Origin: a candidate division WOR-3 bacterium
GTDB lineage: Bacteria; Hydrothermota; Tepidihabitantia; SM23-42
DNA: 64,000 nucleotides
Direction: 5' to 3'
Assembly (NCBI GenBank): GCA_029858255.1
Contig: JAOUFJ010000002.1
Coordinates: 138,637-202,636 of the forward strand
Part shown: piece after piece, positions 30,832 through 40,842 of the stretch
How positions within the stretch are numbered: the first letter of the stretch is position 1
Layout of the letters: each line of letters begins with the position of its first letter
The notes under the pieces: generated by a model
The model's database searches: none
Told to the model about the DNA's origin: nothing
Seen by the model: the letters and a program-made list of their open reading frames with translations, nothing else
Translations under genes and position numbers: made by a program

Positions 30832-31899
30832 TCAGGACTGCCCATCAGTACCGAGTCGTTTTCTAATGTATTCGGCGCGTCTGATGTCCCTGTCCTGTTC
30901 TTCCAATAACTCGCCGAAATAAAGTTGAATGTTTGCTGGCCTTGATATGACCATTATTTCATTGAGCGTCTGTAGTGTTATGTCTTTGACAATCCCAACG
31001 CCGACACCGAACCTTAACGCAGACAGCAAATTGAGAACTTCGATACTGTTAATGGTCCGTGCAGCTCTTAGAATCGCCACGCTGCGAAAAATCTTGTCTT
31101 CAAACTCACTGCGTGCCTTCGTCATTATGACATCACGAGCTTTTTTCTCAATATCGATAATCATCTTCGCCAGTTTCGTTATTCTCTCGAGCAGATCATC
31201 CTCTTTGAAACCAATCGTATACTGGTTCGATATTTGAAAAAGGCTTCCCCTGATCTCACTTCCCTCTCCATAAATGCCTCTAACGGTCATACCTATCTGA
31301 AGTGCACCCTTCAATACCTTCTCGACCTCATTCGTAAAAACCAGACCGGGAAGATGCATGAACACCGATGCCCTCATCCCCGTCCCGATATTGGTGAGGC
31401 ATGAGGTAAGAAAACCATAGCCATCATTATATGCAAAACTGACGTTGTCACCGATGAACTCTTCGGTTCTGAACACTTCGCTTGAGAGATTGGTGAAATT
31501 CAGGCCGCAACCGATGCCTTGAAACCGCAAGTGGTCTTCTTCATTTATCATCACTGAAAGATTTCCGCCCTCACTTATGAATACGCTTGTGGGTTTCTCC
31601 TTGGTGATAAAACCAGGCGAAACAAGATGGCATTCGAGTAGTGATTCTCTCTCCAACGGTTTCAACTCACGCAAATTCAGGAACTCACCATTTATTTTGC
31701 CATCTATTATCGAACGTATCAAACCGATCAGATATTCAGCATCGGATTGTTTCATCTTCAATTCAAAAGGAATACTGTCAAGGTTCCGGGCGATTCTTAT
31801 GCGTGATGACACGACGATCTCACTCTCCTCCCCGCACGGCAGTGTTTTGTCCGATGAGGGGATCAGCCAGCGGATATTATCAAACATCTTCGACACCAT
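30832..31899 (-). CDS. mcsB: Protein arginine kinase McsB (ATP:guanido phosphotransferase)
   Basis: Phosphagen-kinase-like catalytic domain. It sits downstream of a McsA-like zinc-finger/UVR protein. Confidence 0.75.
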   Translation of the reverse strand: MVSKMFDNIRWLIPSSDKTLPCGEESEIVVSSRIRIARNLDSIPFELKMKQSDAEYLIGLIRSIIDGKINGEFLNLRELKPLERESLLECHLVSPGFITKEKPTSVFISEGGNLSVMINEEDHLRFQGIGCGLNFTNLSSEVFRTEEFIGDNVSFAYNDGYGFLTSCLTNIGTGMRASVFMHLPGLVFTNEVEKVLKGALQIGMTVRGIYGEGSEIRGSLFQISNQYTIGFKEDDLLERITKLAKMIIDIEKKARDVIMTKARSEFEDKIFRSVAILRAARTINSIEVLNLLSALRFGVGVGIVKDITLQTLNEIMVISRPANIQLYFGELLEEQDRDIRRAEYIRKRLGTDGQS

Positions 31900-32353
31900 A
31901 GCCCTTGAGTTTATCCCTTATCTTAGCAGCATCTTCATACGCTTCACTGTCCAGGGCTTTCTTGAGGTCTTCTCGTAACTTGTAGATCTCAAACCCTTCC
32001 TTGGTGCCGGAAGAAGACTTCCTGCCTATATGACGATCGCTCTGATGGATCTGCTTGATTAGATGCCTGATGTGATCATCAAACGTAGCAACGCATTGAG
32101 CACAACCGAACCGTCCCACTCTCTTGAATTCAGCCAAAGACATGTAACAACTCGGGCAGATCACTTTTTCGTCCTGGGCACTCTTCTGCCTAAGCAGCTT
32201 CTGAAGAATCTCCAGGGGCGATAATTTCTTAGTTCCAAGCAGTCCTCGTTTGGATGCACACTCATCGCAGAGATGCAATTCAACAGTTTTATCGGGCAGT
32301 ACTTCCTTAAAAAAAATCGAGGCCGGCTTGTTCTTACAGTCGTCACACAGCAT
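31880..32353 (-). CDS. mcsA: McsA-like activator (CxxC zinc fingers plus UVR domain)
   Basis: 'CDDCKN', 'CDEC', 'CPSC' and 'CAQC' pairs. C-terminal UVR motif 'ALDSEAYEDAAKIRDKL'. Confidence 0.6.
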   Translation of the reverse strand: MLCDDCKNKPASIFFKEVLPDKTVELHLCDECASKRGLLGTKKLSPLEILQKLLRQKSAQDEKVICPSCYMSLAEFKRVGRFGCAQCVATFDDHIRHLIKQIHQSDRHIGRKSSSGTKEGFEIYKLREDLKKALDSEAYEDAAKIRDKLKGYGVEDV

Positions 32354-33083
32354 ATAGCCTTCCTTCCTTCAACCTGTAAACCTGAGTGCCCACCTTCGCA
32401 ATATCCAACGAATGTGTAACAAGGACGATCGTCCTATCTTCGTCTTTTAGACTGCCAAATACTTCGAGCAGTTTATTCGTATTACCCTCGTCGAGATTGC
32501 CTGTCGGCTCATCAGCGAAGATTATCAGAGGGTCATTGACCATCGCCCTGGCTATTGCCACTCGCTGACGCTCCCCACCGGAGATCTCATCGGGTAGACG
32601 GTGCTGTTTATCTCCGATGTCGAATCTCTCCAGCAAATCGAGTGCTTTTTGATACGCGATCGGCGGCGTAACGCCGTTGACCAATGCCGGTAAAGCGACA
32701 TTTTCCAGACATGAAAATTCGGATAGAAGGTGATGAAACTGAAAGACGAATCCCATCTTTTTATTCCTGACCTGCGATAGACGAATATCATCGTGAGAAG
32801 TGATATCAACAGAATCAAAGACAACGGTCCCGCCGGTCGGCCGGTCAAGACCACTTATTAGATGCAACAAGGTCGATTTGCCGCTCCCCGAAGGGCCGAG
32901 AATCACTACAAAACTGCCTTTCTTGACCTTAAGGTCAACACCATGGAGAACATCGATAGTCTCGTTCTTCAGATAATATGTCTTGCTAAGATCGGAGGTG
33001 TCGAGGATGATATCACTCATTACGCAATGCCTCAACGGCGGTGAGTTCGGTCGCTCTTTTTGCCGGGTATATGGTCGAAACAA
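32343..33083 (-). CDS. ABC transporter ATP-binding protein (LolD/MacB-type)
   Basis: Walker A 'GPSGSGKST'. Signature 'ISGGERQRVAIARA'. Confidence 0.8.
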   Translation of the reverse strand: MFRPYTRQKERPNSPPLRHCVMSDIILDTSDLSKTYYLKNETIDVLHGVDLKVKKGSFVVILGPSGSGKSTLLHLISGLDRPTGGTVVFDSVDITSHDDIRLSQVRNKKMGFVFQFHHLLSEFSCLENVALPALVNGVTPPIAYQKALDLLERFDIGDKQHRLPDEISGGERQRVAIARAMVNDPLIIFADEPTGNLDEGNTNKLLEVFGSLKDEDRTIVLVTHSLDIAKVGTQVYRLKEGRLYAV

Positions 33084-34209
33084 AACTTATCAAGATCGCT
33101 GCCACTGCAGTTATAATGAAGTCATTCACATCCATTTCCACAGGTAGTGTTTCAATGAAATAGATATCGCCAGGCAAAGAAACCTGATACTTATCAAGAA
33201 TCGTACACGCGAAAAATGCGAACGCCAACCCGAGAGTTGTCCCGATGAGACCGATGATGCTACCATGATATATGAACACCCGCATGATCTGCCGGGCAGT
33301 AAAACCAAACGACCGCATGATTCCTATCTCTTTTGTCTTCTTCTTCACCATATTTATTAGCGTGCCCACAATATTGAAACCAGCAACTATTATGATCAAG
33401 ACCAACACAATAAAAGTAATGATTTTTTCTATCTTCAGTGCGGCAAAAACAGACCGGTTGGATTCAATCCAATCTTGTGCACGGTACGGATAGCCAAGGT
33501 CGTTCTCAATACGCCGGGAATATTGCGGAGCTCTGTATATATCATCGACCTTCACCGCAACACCGCTTATGCTTTTGCCCATTTCGAATAATGACTGGAC
33601 ATCCTTCAGATCCATGAAAATTAGAGTGGCATTGTAATCATAATAACCAAAATCGAATATACCGTTGAGAATAACTCTTTTCGCCCGAGGCACCAAACCA
33701 AGTTGATCCCCGAAAGGCAAGGCGATAACAAGCGAATCGCCAATACTCACGCCAAGACTATGGGCGAGTTCAACTCCGATGACACAGCCGCCGTCAAGTT
33801 TGAAGGCTCCACTGATCATCTTCTGCCCTATCTCGGTGATATCCGTCTCCAACTTATCATCAACACCCTTTATGACAACCCCGTCAAGGTGTTGCCTGTA
33901 TTTGATGACCGACTTCTGGTACACAAATGGCGCCGAGGCTTGAATAAAATCGTATTTTTCCAATGTTTGCATCACACTGCCATAATCGCGAATGGGTTCG
34001 TTGAAGTATTTGCGAACAATAATGTGCGGTGTTCCGCCAAGTATCCGTCGACGCAGTTCGTTCTGGAAACCGTTCATCATCGAAAGTGTAATCAAGAGCG
34101 CGGCAACACCGACGAAAATCCCGCCGATGGCAATTATCGTAGAGAACGAAAGGAATTTTCTCCTGCGTGACAGCAGGTAACGACGTGCGACAAAGAATTC
34201 AGTGTTCAC
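33013..34209 (-). CDS. ABC transporter permease, FtsX/LolCE family (MacB-like periplasmic domain)
   Basis: N-terminal TM, large periplasmic domain and a C-terminal 3-TM FtsX domain. Paired with the upstream ATPase. Confidence 0.7.
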   Translation of the reverse strand: MNTEFFVARRYLLSRRRKFLSFSTIIAIGGIFVGVAALLITLSMMNGFQNELRRRILGGTPHIIVRKYFNEPIRDYGSVMQTLEKYDFIQASAPFVYQKSVIKYRQHLDGVVIKGVDDKLETDITEIGQKMISGAFKLDGGCVIGVELAHSLGVSIGDSLVIALPFGDQLGLVPRAKRVILNGIFDFGYYDYNATLIFMDLKDVQSLFEMGKSISGVAVKVDDIYRAPQYSRRIENDLGYPYRAQDWIESNRSVFAALKIEKIITFIVLVLIIIVAGFNIVGTLINMVKKKTKEIGIMRSFGFTARQIMRVFIYHGSIIGLIGTTLGLAFAFFACTILDKYQVSLPGDIYFIETLPVEMDVNDFIITAVAAILISFVSTIYPAKRATELTAVEALRNE

Positions 34210-34297
34210 TAAACACGAGGCCCGAAGGGCAATCTAAGGCAATTGACGGTTATATGACATGAACACGTAGAAAACATGATGGGGCGTTTGAAGGCAA

Positions 34298-35764
34298 TCA
34301 AGGATTATCCGTGGTTTCCTTCCGCAATTGCGGAAAGAGTATGACATCGCGGATCGATGGAAGGTTGAGGAGAACCATGCACAGACGGTCAATACCGATA
34401 CCAATACCGCCCGTCGGTGGCATACCATGTTCGAGGGCACGAATGAAGTCCTCATCGATCTGCCGAATACCATCTTCATGGTGCGCAATTTGAGCCTCGA
34501 AACGTATTCGCTGCTCCATTGGGTCATTCAGTTCGGAAAACGCGTTGGCAATCTCCACCCCGAACATAATGAATTCAAATCGTTCGACAAGACGCTCATC
34601 AGTGCGATGCGTCTTGGCAAGGGGCGATATCATCTTAGGATAGTCGATCACGAAAGTGGGCTCCATGAGCTCTTTCTGCACCAGTTCACCGAAGAGTTTG
34701 TCGATCTTCGAACCAAGCGAGAGTTTTTTGCAGTCTATACCGTGGCGCTCGCATTGCCTGTCAATTTCGGAGTCTTGCACATCAAGCACATCTATCCCCA
34801 ATTTGCTTTTCAGGGCTTCAGTGTATTTCACTCTCCTGAATGGCCGTCGAAATTCGATCTCCCTCTCCAGGAATTTCAACCTATTTTCATTACTTCTCTG
34901 TTTTACAAGGAACTCCATTAAATGTTCAACCAATTCCATTATGTCATTATAGTCTGAATATGCCTGGTACAATTCGAGCATTGTGAATTCGGGATTATGC
35001 ATGCGGTCTATACCTTCGTTACGGAAATCACGACACACTTCGTAGACTTTTTCTAGGCCTCCGACGATCAACCTTTTTAAGTATAATTCATCCGCGATCC
35101 GCAGGAACATATCCTGTTCAAGGGCATTGTAGTATGTCTTGAAAGGATTAGCCGCCGCACCCCCGTATATCGATTGAAGCACCGGCGTCTCGACTTCCAT
35201 AAACCCGCGTTCGTCCAGGAAAGTGCGCATCAAAGATATCAATTGAGTTCTTTTCCTGAAACTATCCCTGACTTCGGGATTAGCGATCAGATCAAGATAA
35301 CGCTGGCGATAGCGGATCTCGATATCCTTCAGGCCATGCCATTTTTCTGGTAATGGACGCAAAGCCTTAGAAAGAAGCACATAGTCGTCGACAAGCACGG
35401 TTATTTCACCCGTCTTCGTTTTGAAAACACTGCCGTTCACCCCGACAAAATCACCAGCATCGAAATACTGAAAAAGTTCGAACTTTTCCGCAAGTTTGTC
35501 CTTTCTGAAATACAACTGTACACGCTCAGATTCATCAGACAGTGTAGCAAAGAGAGTCTTGCCGTGGCCGCGAACTGTAATAATTCGTCCACATGTCCGG
35601 ATCTTCTCTTCAGTTTTACTCAATGTCTCGAACTGCGTTTTTATCTGTTGAAAATTGTGTGAACGGTCGAATTTGTAGGGATATGGATTTACTCCTAATT
35701 CTTTCAATTTATTGAGTTTTTTCAGCCGCTCTTCCATCCCAGAATGATACACCAAATCAACCAA
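34298..35764 (-). CDS. lysS: Lysine--tRNA ligase (class II)
   Basis: Motif 2 'RDFRNEGIDRMHNPEFTMLELYQAY'. OB-fold N-terminal region. ~490 aa. Confidence 0.85.
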   Translation of the reverse strand: MVDLVYHSGMEERLKKLNKLKELGVNPYPYKFDRSHNFQQIKTQFETLSKTEEKIRTCGRIITVRGHGKTLFATLSDESERVQLYFRKDKLAEKFELFQYFDAGDFVGVNGSVFKTKTGEITVLVDDYVLLSKALRPLPEKWHGLKDIEIRYRQRYLDLIANPEVRDSFRKRTQLISLMRTFLDERGFMEVETPVLQSIYGGAAANPFKTYYNALEQDMFLRIADELYLKRLIVGGLEKVYEVCRDFRNEGIDRMHNPEFTMLELYQAYSDYNDIMELVEHLMEFLVKQRSNENRLKFLEREIEFRRPFRRVKYTEALKSKLGIDVLDVQDSEIDRQCERHGIDCKKLSLGSKIDKLFGELVQKELMEPTFVIDYPKMISPLAKTHRTDERLVERFEFIMFGVEIANAFSELNDPMEQRIRFEAQIAHHEDGIRQIDEDFIRALEHGMPPTGGIGIGIDRLCMVLLNLPSIRDVILFPQLRKETTDNP

Positions 35765-35778
35765 AAGTCAATACGAAA

Positions 35779-35820
35779 ACGTTAATTGCGTTACTTTCGT
35801 TAATCTCGTTAATTTCGTTT
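35779..35820. repeat. Family A repeat copy in the lysS / hypothetical divergent promoter region
   Basis: 'CGTTAATTGCGTTACTTTCGTTAATCTCGTTAATTTCGTT'. Confidence 0.5.
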
Positions 35821-35930
35821 CTCATCTTCATATCCTCTCATCTTCTTAACTTCTGTGTTTCTCCGTACCACCGTGTCTTCCAGTCTCAGCTTCTCCGTTT
35901 CTCAGTGGCCTTTACGGGACGTACCTTCTC

Positions 35931-36533
35931 TTGACTACAGAGACGTTATACATACAATTTCCTATGAATAACAATGAAATTCGGCGGAAGATCCTACAGA
36001 TATTATATGAAAGCTTCACAGAACATCCATATAACAGAGTAACTCCAAAGGAATTCAAAGATACACTGAACATTAGTCTGAAGGAATTGCATTTCAACAT
36101 CATCTACCTCGAGGAAAAAGGATACGTCGAATTGTCGAAACCGCTCGAAGGCAGCGTGTTCGTCGGTGCCCGGATCACACCGAGAGGTGTCGACCTTGTC
36201 GAAGATGAATGTGAGTTCAATGTGCACTTTCCGCTGCAACCTACTACCCGGCATGTCTCCACCGACATACTCCGACAGTTCGATGCCCTATCAAAACAGG
36301 CGAGTGAACTTACAGACCTGGGGGATGATTCGAAGGAACTGATAATCGAGGAAATTAGATCAATTCAGGACGAACTCAACAAGAGTGAACCCATCTATTC
36401 GGAAATAAAGAAAAACGTCGACCGCATAAAAGAACGCAATTTCGACACCTGGCAGAAATTGATCGAAATACTCAGGGACCCGGTAATCACAACTATCCTT
36501 AGCCATGCTGCCAGGAACGAACTCGGAATATAA
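35931..36533 (+). CDS. Hypothetical protein (possibly winged-helix-like; the true start may be the internal 'MNNNEIRRK')
   Basis: Open frame only. Confidence 0.3.
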   Translation: MTTETLYIQFPMNNNEIRRKILQILYESFTEHPYNRVTPKEFKDTLNISLKELHFNIIYLEEKGYVELSKPLEGSVFVGARITPRGVDLVEDECEFNVHFPLQPTTRHVSTDILRQFDALSKQASELTDLGDDSKELIIEEIRSIQDELNKSEPIYSEIKKNVDRIKERNFDTWQKLIEILRDPVITTILSHAARNELGI

Positions 36534-36569
36534 ACCTTCACGCAATTGCGCGCGAAGTAATCCCACCGT

Positions 36570-37010
36570 CTATATTCTCGCTAGATTCTTCGCCGGCACC
36601 GCATAAAACTCAACTGTATCAGAAAAAGGACCTCTCTGCGGCGTCTCCTGCCTTACCTCGATCCGAACCGGCTCAGCATTTTTAGTCACAAATGTATCAA
36701 TTGATCTTGTCATGGTAACACCCAGGAGGAAGGCACCGAACGCATAGACTAAACTCCTTGGGACACCCAGGAGTCGTGCACTCCTGGGCTTTTGCACGCG
36801 GAGCTGACTCCTGATTTTAGCATAGATATCGGGTGATGGTCTAAACCTAGCCGAGTTCTTGAAGGCAGAAACCGTCGCCTCCACATGTCTCATTTCAGCG
36901 TGACATTTCTGACAGGTCGCGATGTGTTCATTCACCTGTATCTGGAGTTCTGCGGGCAATTCTTCAAGAACATTATCAAGCATATATTTACTAATCTCTG
37001 TGCATTTCAT
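36570..37010 (-). CDS. Putative zinc-finger anti-sigma factor (one TM)
   Basis: 'HIATCQKCHAEMRHVE' HxxxCxxC motif plus a single TM. Sits downstream of the ECF sigma gene. Confidence 0.5.
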   Translation of the reverse strand: MKCTEISKYMLDNVLEELPAELQIQVNEHIATCQKCHAEMRHVEATVSAFKNSARFRPSPDIYAKIRSQLRVQKPRSARLLGVPRSLVYAFGAFLLGVTMTRSIDTFVTKNAEPVRIEVRQETPQRGPFSDTVEFYAVPAKNLARI

Positions 37011-37078
37011 ACTGTTCTCCTATCCTGATTTTGTCGAAGGACTTGATACCCTGACAGACCTTATCATCGAAAATATCT

Positions 37079-37603
37079 TTACTTCTCAATCAAACTCCTC
37101 AACTTTTTCAAACCATTATGCATCCTTGATTTCACCGTTCCTACTGGGCAGCACAAAACCTCAGCTATATCGTTATAAGTCATGTGCTCGTAAAACTTCA
37201 AAACAACCACAATCCTTTGATATTCGGGCAGCGTATCAAGAAATTTCTGAACCCTCAGTTCCTCGGTGAAATCATGGCCCGGGTTCGACACAAAATTATG
37301 CAGCTGCTGCTCAAAACATTTCGATTCAGTTTTCTTCTTTCTAAAGTAACTGTAGCAACAGTTGGTCGCGACACGATATAACCATGCTTTGAGATTTCCC
37401 CGCTCATCGAGGTCCGAATGGGCCAGTTTGGTAAAAGTCTGCACAAGGATGTCCTCCGCATAATACCAGTCTCCTATTAATCGAACGCAATAGTTGAAAA
37501 GGCTTCCGCTCAATCGCCCATAAAGATCTTCGAAAGCCTTCTCATCGCCCTTTTTAAACTTCTTATACAGTTCAAAGAGAACCGAACCGGAGTAACCGAT
37601 CAC
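37079..37603 (-). CDS. RNA polymerase ECF-type sigma-70 factor
   Basis: Region 2/4 layout. 'YQRIVVVLKFYEHMTYNDIAEVLCCPVGTVKSRMHNGLKKLR' is the region 4 HTH. Confidence 0.8.
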   Translation of the reverse strand: MIGYSGSVLFELYKKFKKGDEKAFEDLYGRLSGSLFNYCVRLIGDWYYAEDILVQTFTKLAHSDLDERGNLKAWLYRVATNCCYSYFRKKKTESKCFEQQLHNFVSNPGHDFTEELRVQKFLDTLPEYQRIVVVLKFYEHMTYNDIAEVLCCPVGTVKSRMHNGLKKLRSLIEK

Positions 37604-39783
37604 TCCTCCTGGTATTTCCGTATCAAATCAGTCAATTCCTTGTCTTCCGGATTATCCCTCAAGAGATTAGCCAGAAGCGCCACAGCCTTTCCACTCATAT
37701 CATTGTCATGATACATCCGCGCCACTTCCTTTGTCAACTTCGTGTCTCCTGCTTCAAGTCGTAATAACCTTTCGAGCACATCAGCAGCCATATCTTTCTT
37801 ACCCATTTTGAAATACATCTTTGCTTCGTTATAATAAAAAGTCGGCTCTTCACCGAACCGACGTGCAAACTCCAGCATTTCGATCGCTTCTGAGTATCTT
37901 CCTGAATCTTCCAGAGCAGCTGCAAGTTGATATGCTATCGCGGCATAGTTTTTTATCATATTCCGCAGATTAATATCAACGGAATCGATCGACCTGGAAA
38001 ACAACCTCTCAAATTTGAATTCTTCGAGCAAGAGACGTTTCGTGCGAACAACGTCGATGTCAGATTCAATTAATTCATACACCAAACCTGACAATTTAAG
38101 CGGATATCCATATTTTTCAGGCTGGTACAGGGTTGTCGAGAAAACGACTGGTCTAACTTTCTGCATCAAGAGAGCATGCATCAATTGATCGGAAATGGTT
38201 ACCATGCTGCCGTTTTCTCTCTTATGCTCGATCCTATCCAACTCCTCGTCAGACATAGCGAGAGGTAACCCTACTAGTATCAGGTAGCGCGCGTAATCTC
38301 TAATATTCAAAAGACTACGGTTCACGATGATGACATCATTACGGATACCCTTCTCCTGTAAATACCACGCAGGGTATGTGTCGTAGTCACCGTTAGTGAT
38401 GAGAATCGCATTCTGTGGTGCAGAATTCAGCATGTTCTCGTTGAATTCAAGCAAGATGTCGAAATCTGTATCATCACGGAAATGGAGTTTTACTTCCCTC
38501 TCCCAGGTATTGTTGATCTTCACGTAGGATTCCCGGCCATTCCATGCCGCTGAAAACAGCATGGGCCAACTATAGTCTCGATACAATACGACAAAATTAG
38601 CAGCAACTTCATGGACATTTGCGCTTTCATATAGATCAAAGTGATGCAGTTCAAAAACCGCCGGTTCAATTGCGGTCAGCATTGCTGACCTCATCGACAC
38701 TAGCCCATCACCAGAAACCTCCTCAGCAAGATTGCCATCGAAGCTCCTCTGACCACGCAGAGACACAAAGTTCTTATTCTCTGTGGGGTCATCATAATAA
38801 TGGAACCCTGGCAGATTTCTTCTCTCCTGCACACGGGCAATAAATTCTGAGCCGGGTACTAATGCCCGAGCATTATCACCCATTCCATCTATGAAGAAAA
38901 ACCGGAAAGGACTGTTTCCTTCAAGTGCATATTCCAGATCAGCAAAATTTGACCCAGCGAAGGGCGTGCCGATCGCAATGACTGCGGATGAAATGTCTTT
39001 CTGATAATACGAGGTATCGGTCAGATAGCGATGTGTGACTAGACCACCGATCCCGAAGCTGACGACGTCCATACGGAATTGTCCATATTCATCGTGCAGC
39101 CTCTTGAGCTCGTCATGCAAGAACCTGGCATTATCCTCAATGGTTTGCTTGTGATTGTAACGGAATACCCAGACCGGCAGAGTATATCCATTCTGTTTCA
39201 GAGTTTTCTTGAAATTCTCAATGTAGTCGCCAACATAAATATCAGCGACGACCAACAAACCCTCTTTGGTTTTCGTGTGCTCAACAATACCGTATTTGTC
39301 AGGGTTCTTTGTCAAAACATATTCACCACCATGCCACAATCGCGCAGTCAGTGTACTGCCTTTGACCTGCGTATTGGCTAATGGAACAAATCCATTGCTG
39401 ACCATTACTCCAAGACCTATATCTCCGTTTCCTGTGTCGAGCACGATTTCGACGGGTTTATCAAATACAAGCGTCTCAGGCTCAATGACATAGGACTCCC
39501 CTAAGAAAACAAAACCCTGTGCACGAACCCGTTTTCCGAACACATGTTTCCCGAACCTTATCAGCGTTGAATCAGTTACGCTATTTGGCGGGATCTCAAA
39601 CCTTGCTCCATTCACTTCAACAACAGCACCCTGATTTGTTACAATCTTCTCGACGTATGTTTTTTCGACATATCCAGGTGAACAACCAAGAACGCAGACA
39701 ATGATGCCAAAAATCAAGTATTCGATTGTTCTTTGCATGCTACCTCCTATAATAACAACTCGCTCGGAGGCAAAAAGGTTCAA
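37600..39783 (-). CDS. Large lipoprotein with hydrolase-like central region and C-terminal TPR repeats, co-directional with the ECF sigma/anti-sigma pair
   Basis: Lipobox 'VLGCS'. TPR-like C-terminus ('YYNEAKMYFKMGKKDMAADVLERLLRLEAGD'). Confidence 0.45.
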   Translation of the reverse strand: MNLFASERVVIIGGSMQRTIEYLIFGIIVCVLGCSPGYVEKTYVEKIVTNQGAVVEVNGARFEIPPNSVTDSTLIRFGKHVFGKRVRAQGFVFLGESYVIEPETLVFDKPVEIVLDTGNGDIGLGVMVSNGFVPLANTQVKGSTLTARLWHGGEYVLTKNPDKYGIVEHTKTKEGLLVVADIYVGDYIENFKKTLKQNGYTLPVWVFRYNHKQTIEDNARFLHDELKRLHDEYGQFRMDVVSFGIGGLVTHRYLTDTSYYQKDISSAVIAIGTPFAGSNFADLEYALEGNSPFRFFFIDGMGDNARALVPGSEFIARVQERRNLPGFHYYDDPTENKNFVSLRGQRSFDGNLAEEVSGDGLVSMRSAMLTAIEPAVFELHHFDLYESANVHEVAANFVVLYRDYSWPMLFSAAWNGRESYVKINNTWEREVKLHFRDDTDFDILLEFNENMLNSAPQNAILITNGDYDTYPAWYLQEKGIRNDVIIVNRSLLNIRDYARYLILVGLPLAMSDEELDRIEHKRENGSMVTISDQLMHALLMQKVRPVVFSTTLYQPEKYGYPLKLSGLVYELIESDIDVVRTKRLLLEEFKFERLFSRSIDSVDINLRNMIKNYAAIAYQLAAALEDSGRYSEAIEMLEFARRFGEEPTFYYNEAKMYFKMGKKDMAADVLERLLRLEAGDTKLTKEVARMYHDNDMSGKAVALLANLLRDNPEDKELTDLIRKYQEE

Positions 39784-39791
39784 ATTTTGAG

Positions 39792-40130
39792 TTATTCGCT
39801 ATTGAGCCTGCGCAGATCCGTTTCACTGAATCCAAAATAGTGACCAATCTCATGGATGAGCACCTCATGCACCCATTCCTTTATCTCTTCATCGGTTCGG
39901 CTTATGCGCTCGATATTTCTCTTGAAAAGGGTTATGCGGTCAGGCAAAACGTTCCCATACCAGATGCCGCGGTGCTTGAATGGCACACCTTGATAAAGAC
40001 CCAGCAAACTGTCTTGTTCTATGGGCTCTTCTTCAACAACAACTTGAATATTGCTTATTTTCTTACGGAATATTGGAGGTAAACCATCAAGTGCTTCACG
40101 CACCAGTTCAGCAAATCTCTCGCGCTCCAT
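39792..40130 (-). CDS. Small zincin-like metallopeptidase-family protein
   Basis: 'HEVLIHEIGHYFG' HExxHExGH-type motif. Confidence 0.5.
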   Translation of the reverse strand: MERERFAELVREALDGLPPIFRKKISNIQVVVEEEPIEQDSLLGLYQGVPFKHRGIWYGNVLPDRITLFKRNIERISRTDEEIKEWVHEVLIHEIGHYFGFSETDLRRLNSE

Positions 40131-40842
40131 AATAGGGACAGGCTACTTTTTTTTAGGCCTCCCCCTGGGCCTGATCGTTATCTCTATCCCCAATTCCCTG
40201 CATACTTCGGCACGCCATTCTTCATCACCATAAGGTCCTTGTCGCCGAATGCATGTCCTTAATTGCTCAAGCTCAATTCCCGGCAGTGGCTCGTCGACCA
40301 ACTCTCCCCAATTTTCAGGCAAATGCACTGGCAATTCATCTGTTAGGACACACTTCTCACCCGCAATTCTAAACGAATGGGAAGACCATCGCCAGTCCGC
40401 CGCTGTTGTAACCAAACCTGCTCTCACGGGATTCCCTTCAACATATCTGACCAGATTTATCAGATGCTCATCCTGTTTCGCAATGAAACTCTTGAAGCGG
40501 CCCTGCCAAACATGTCCGCACGTACGATAGTGACCATGATAACGCCGAACATGGCTTGTCATAAACCACTGCATCCATCTACTGAGATCTTCTCCCCTCT
40601 CGGGCATGACGACGAAGTGGAAGTGATTTGGCATTACGCAATAAGCAAAAATAGATATCGGTATCCTTGTCTTAGCTTCCTCCGCCAAGTACAAAAAAGC
40701 ATCGTAGTCTTTCTCTTTGTGAAATACTTGTTGTTTTCCATTACCTCGATTCAGAACATGGTAAACGAATCCATCGGCAAGACCTCTTGCGATGCGGGGC
40801 ATGATTCTGAAGGCCTTAAAAAAAGTAGCCTGTCCCTATTAT
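40128..40842. mobile_element. IS200/RAYT-type element: a Y1 HUH transposase gene flanked by 33-bp inverted repeats
   Basis: 40128-40160 'ATAATAGGGACAGGCTACTTTTTTTTAGGCC' is the reverse complement of 40810-40842, with one T-run indel. Confidence 0.75.
40143..40802 (-). CDS. IS200-like / REP-associated tyrosine transposase (Y1 HUH)
   Basis: HUH 'MPNHFHFVV'. Catalytic Tyr motif 'LVRYVEGNPVRAGLV'. 219 aa. Confidence 0.8.
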   Translation of the reverse strand: MPRIARGLADGFVYHVLNRGNGKQQVFHKEKDYDAFLYLAEEAKTRIPISIFAYCVMPNHFHFVVMPERGEDLSRWMQWFMTSHVRRYHGHYRTCGHVWQGRFKSFIAKQDEHLINLVRYVEGNPVRAGLVTTAADWRWSSHSFRIAGEKCVLTDELPVHLPENWGELVDEPLPGIELEQLRTCIRRQGPYGDEEWRAEVCRELGIEITIRPRGRPKKK

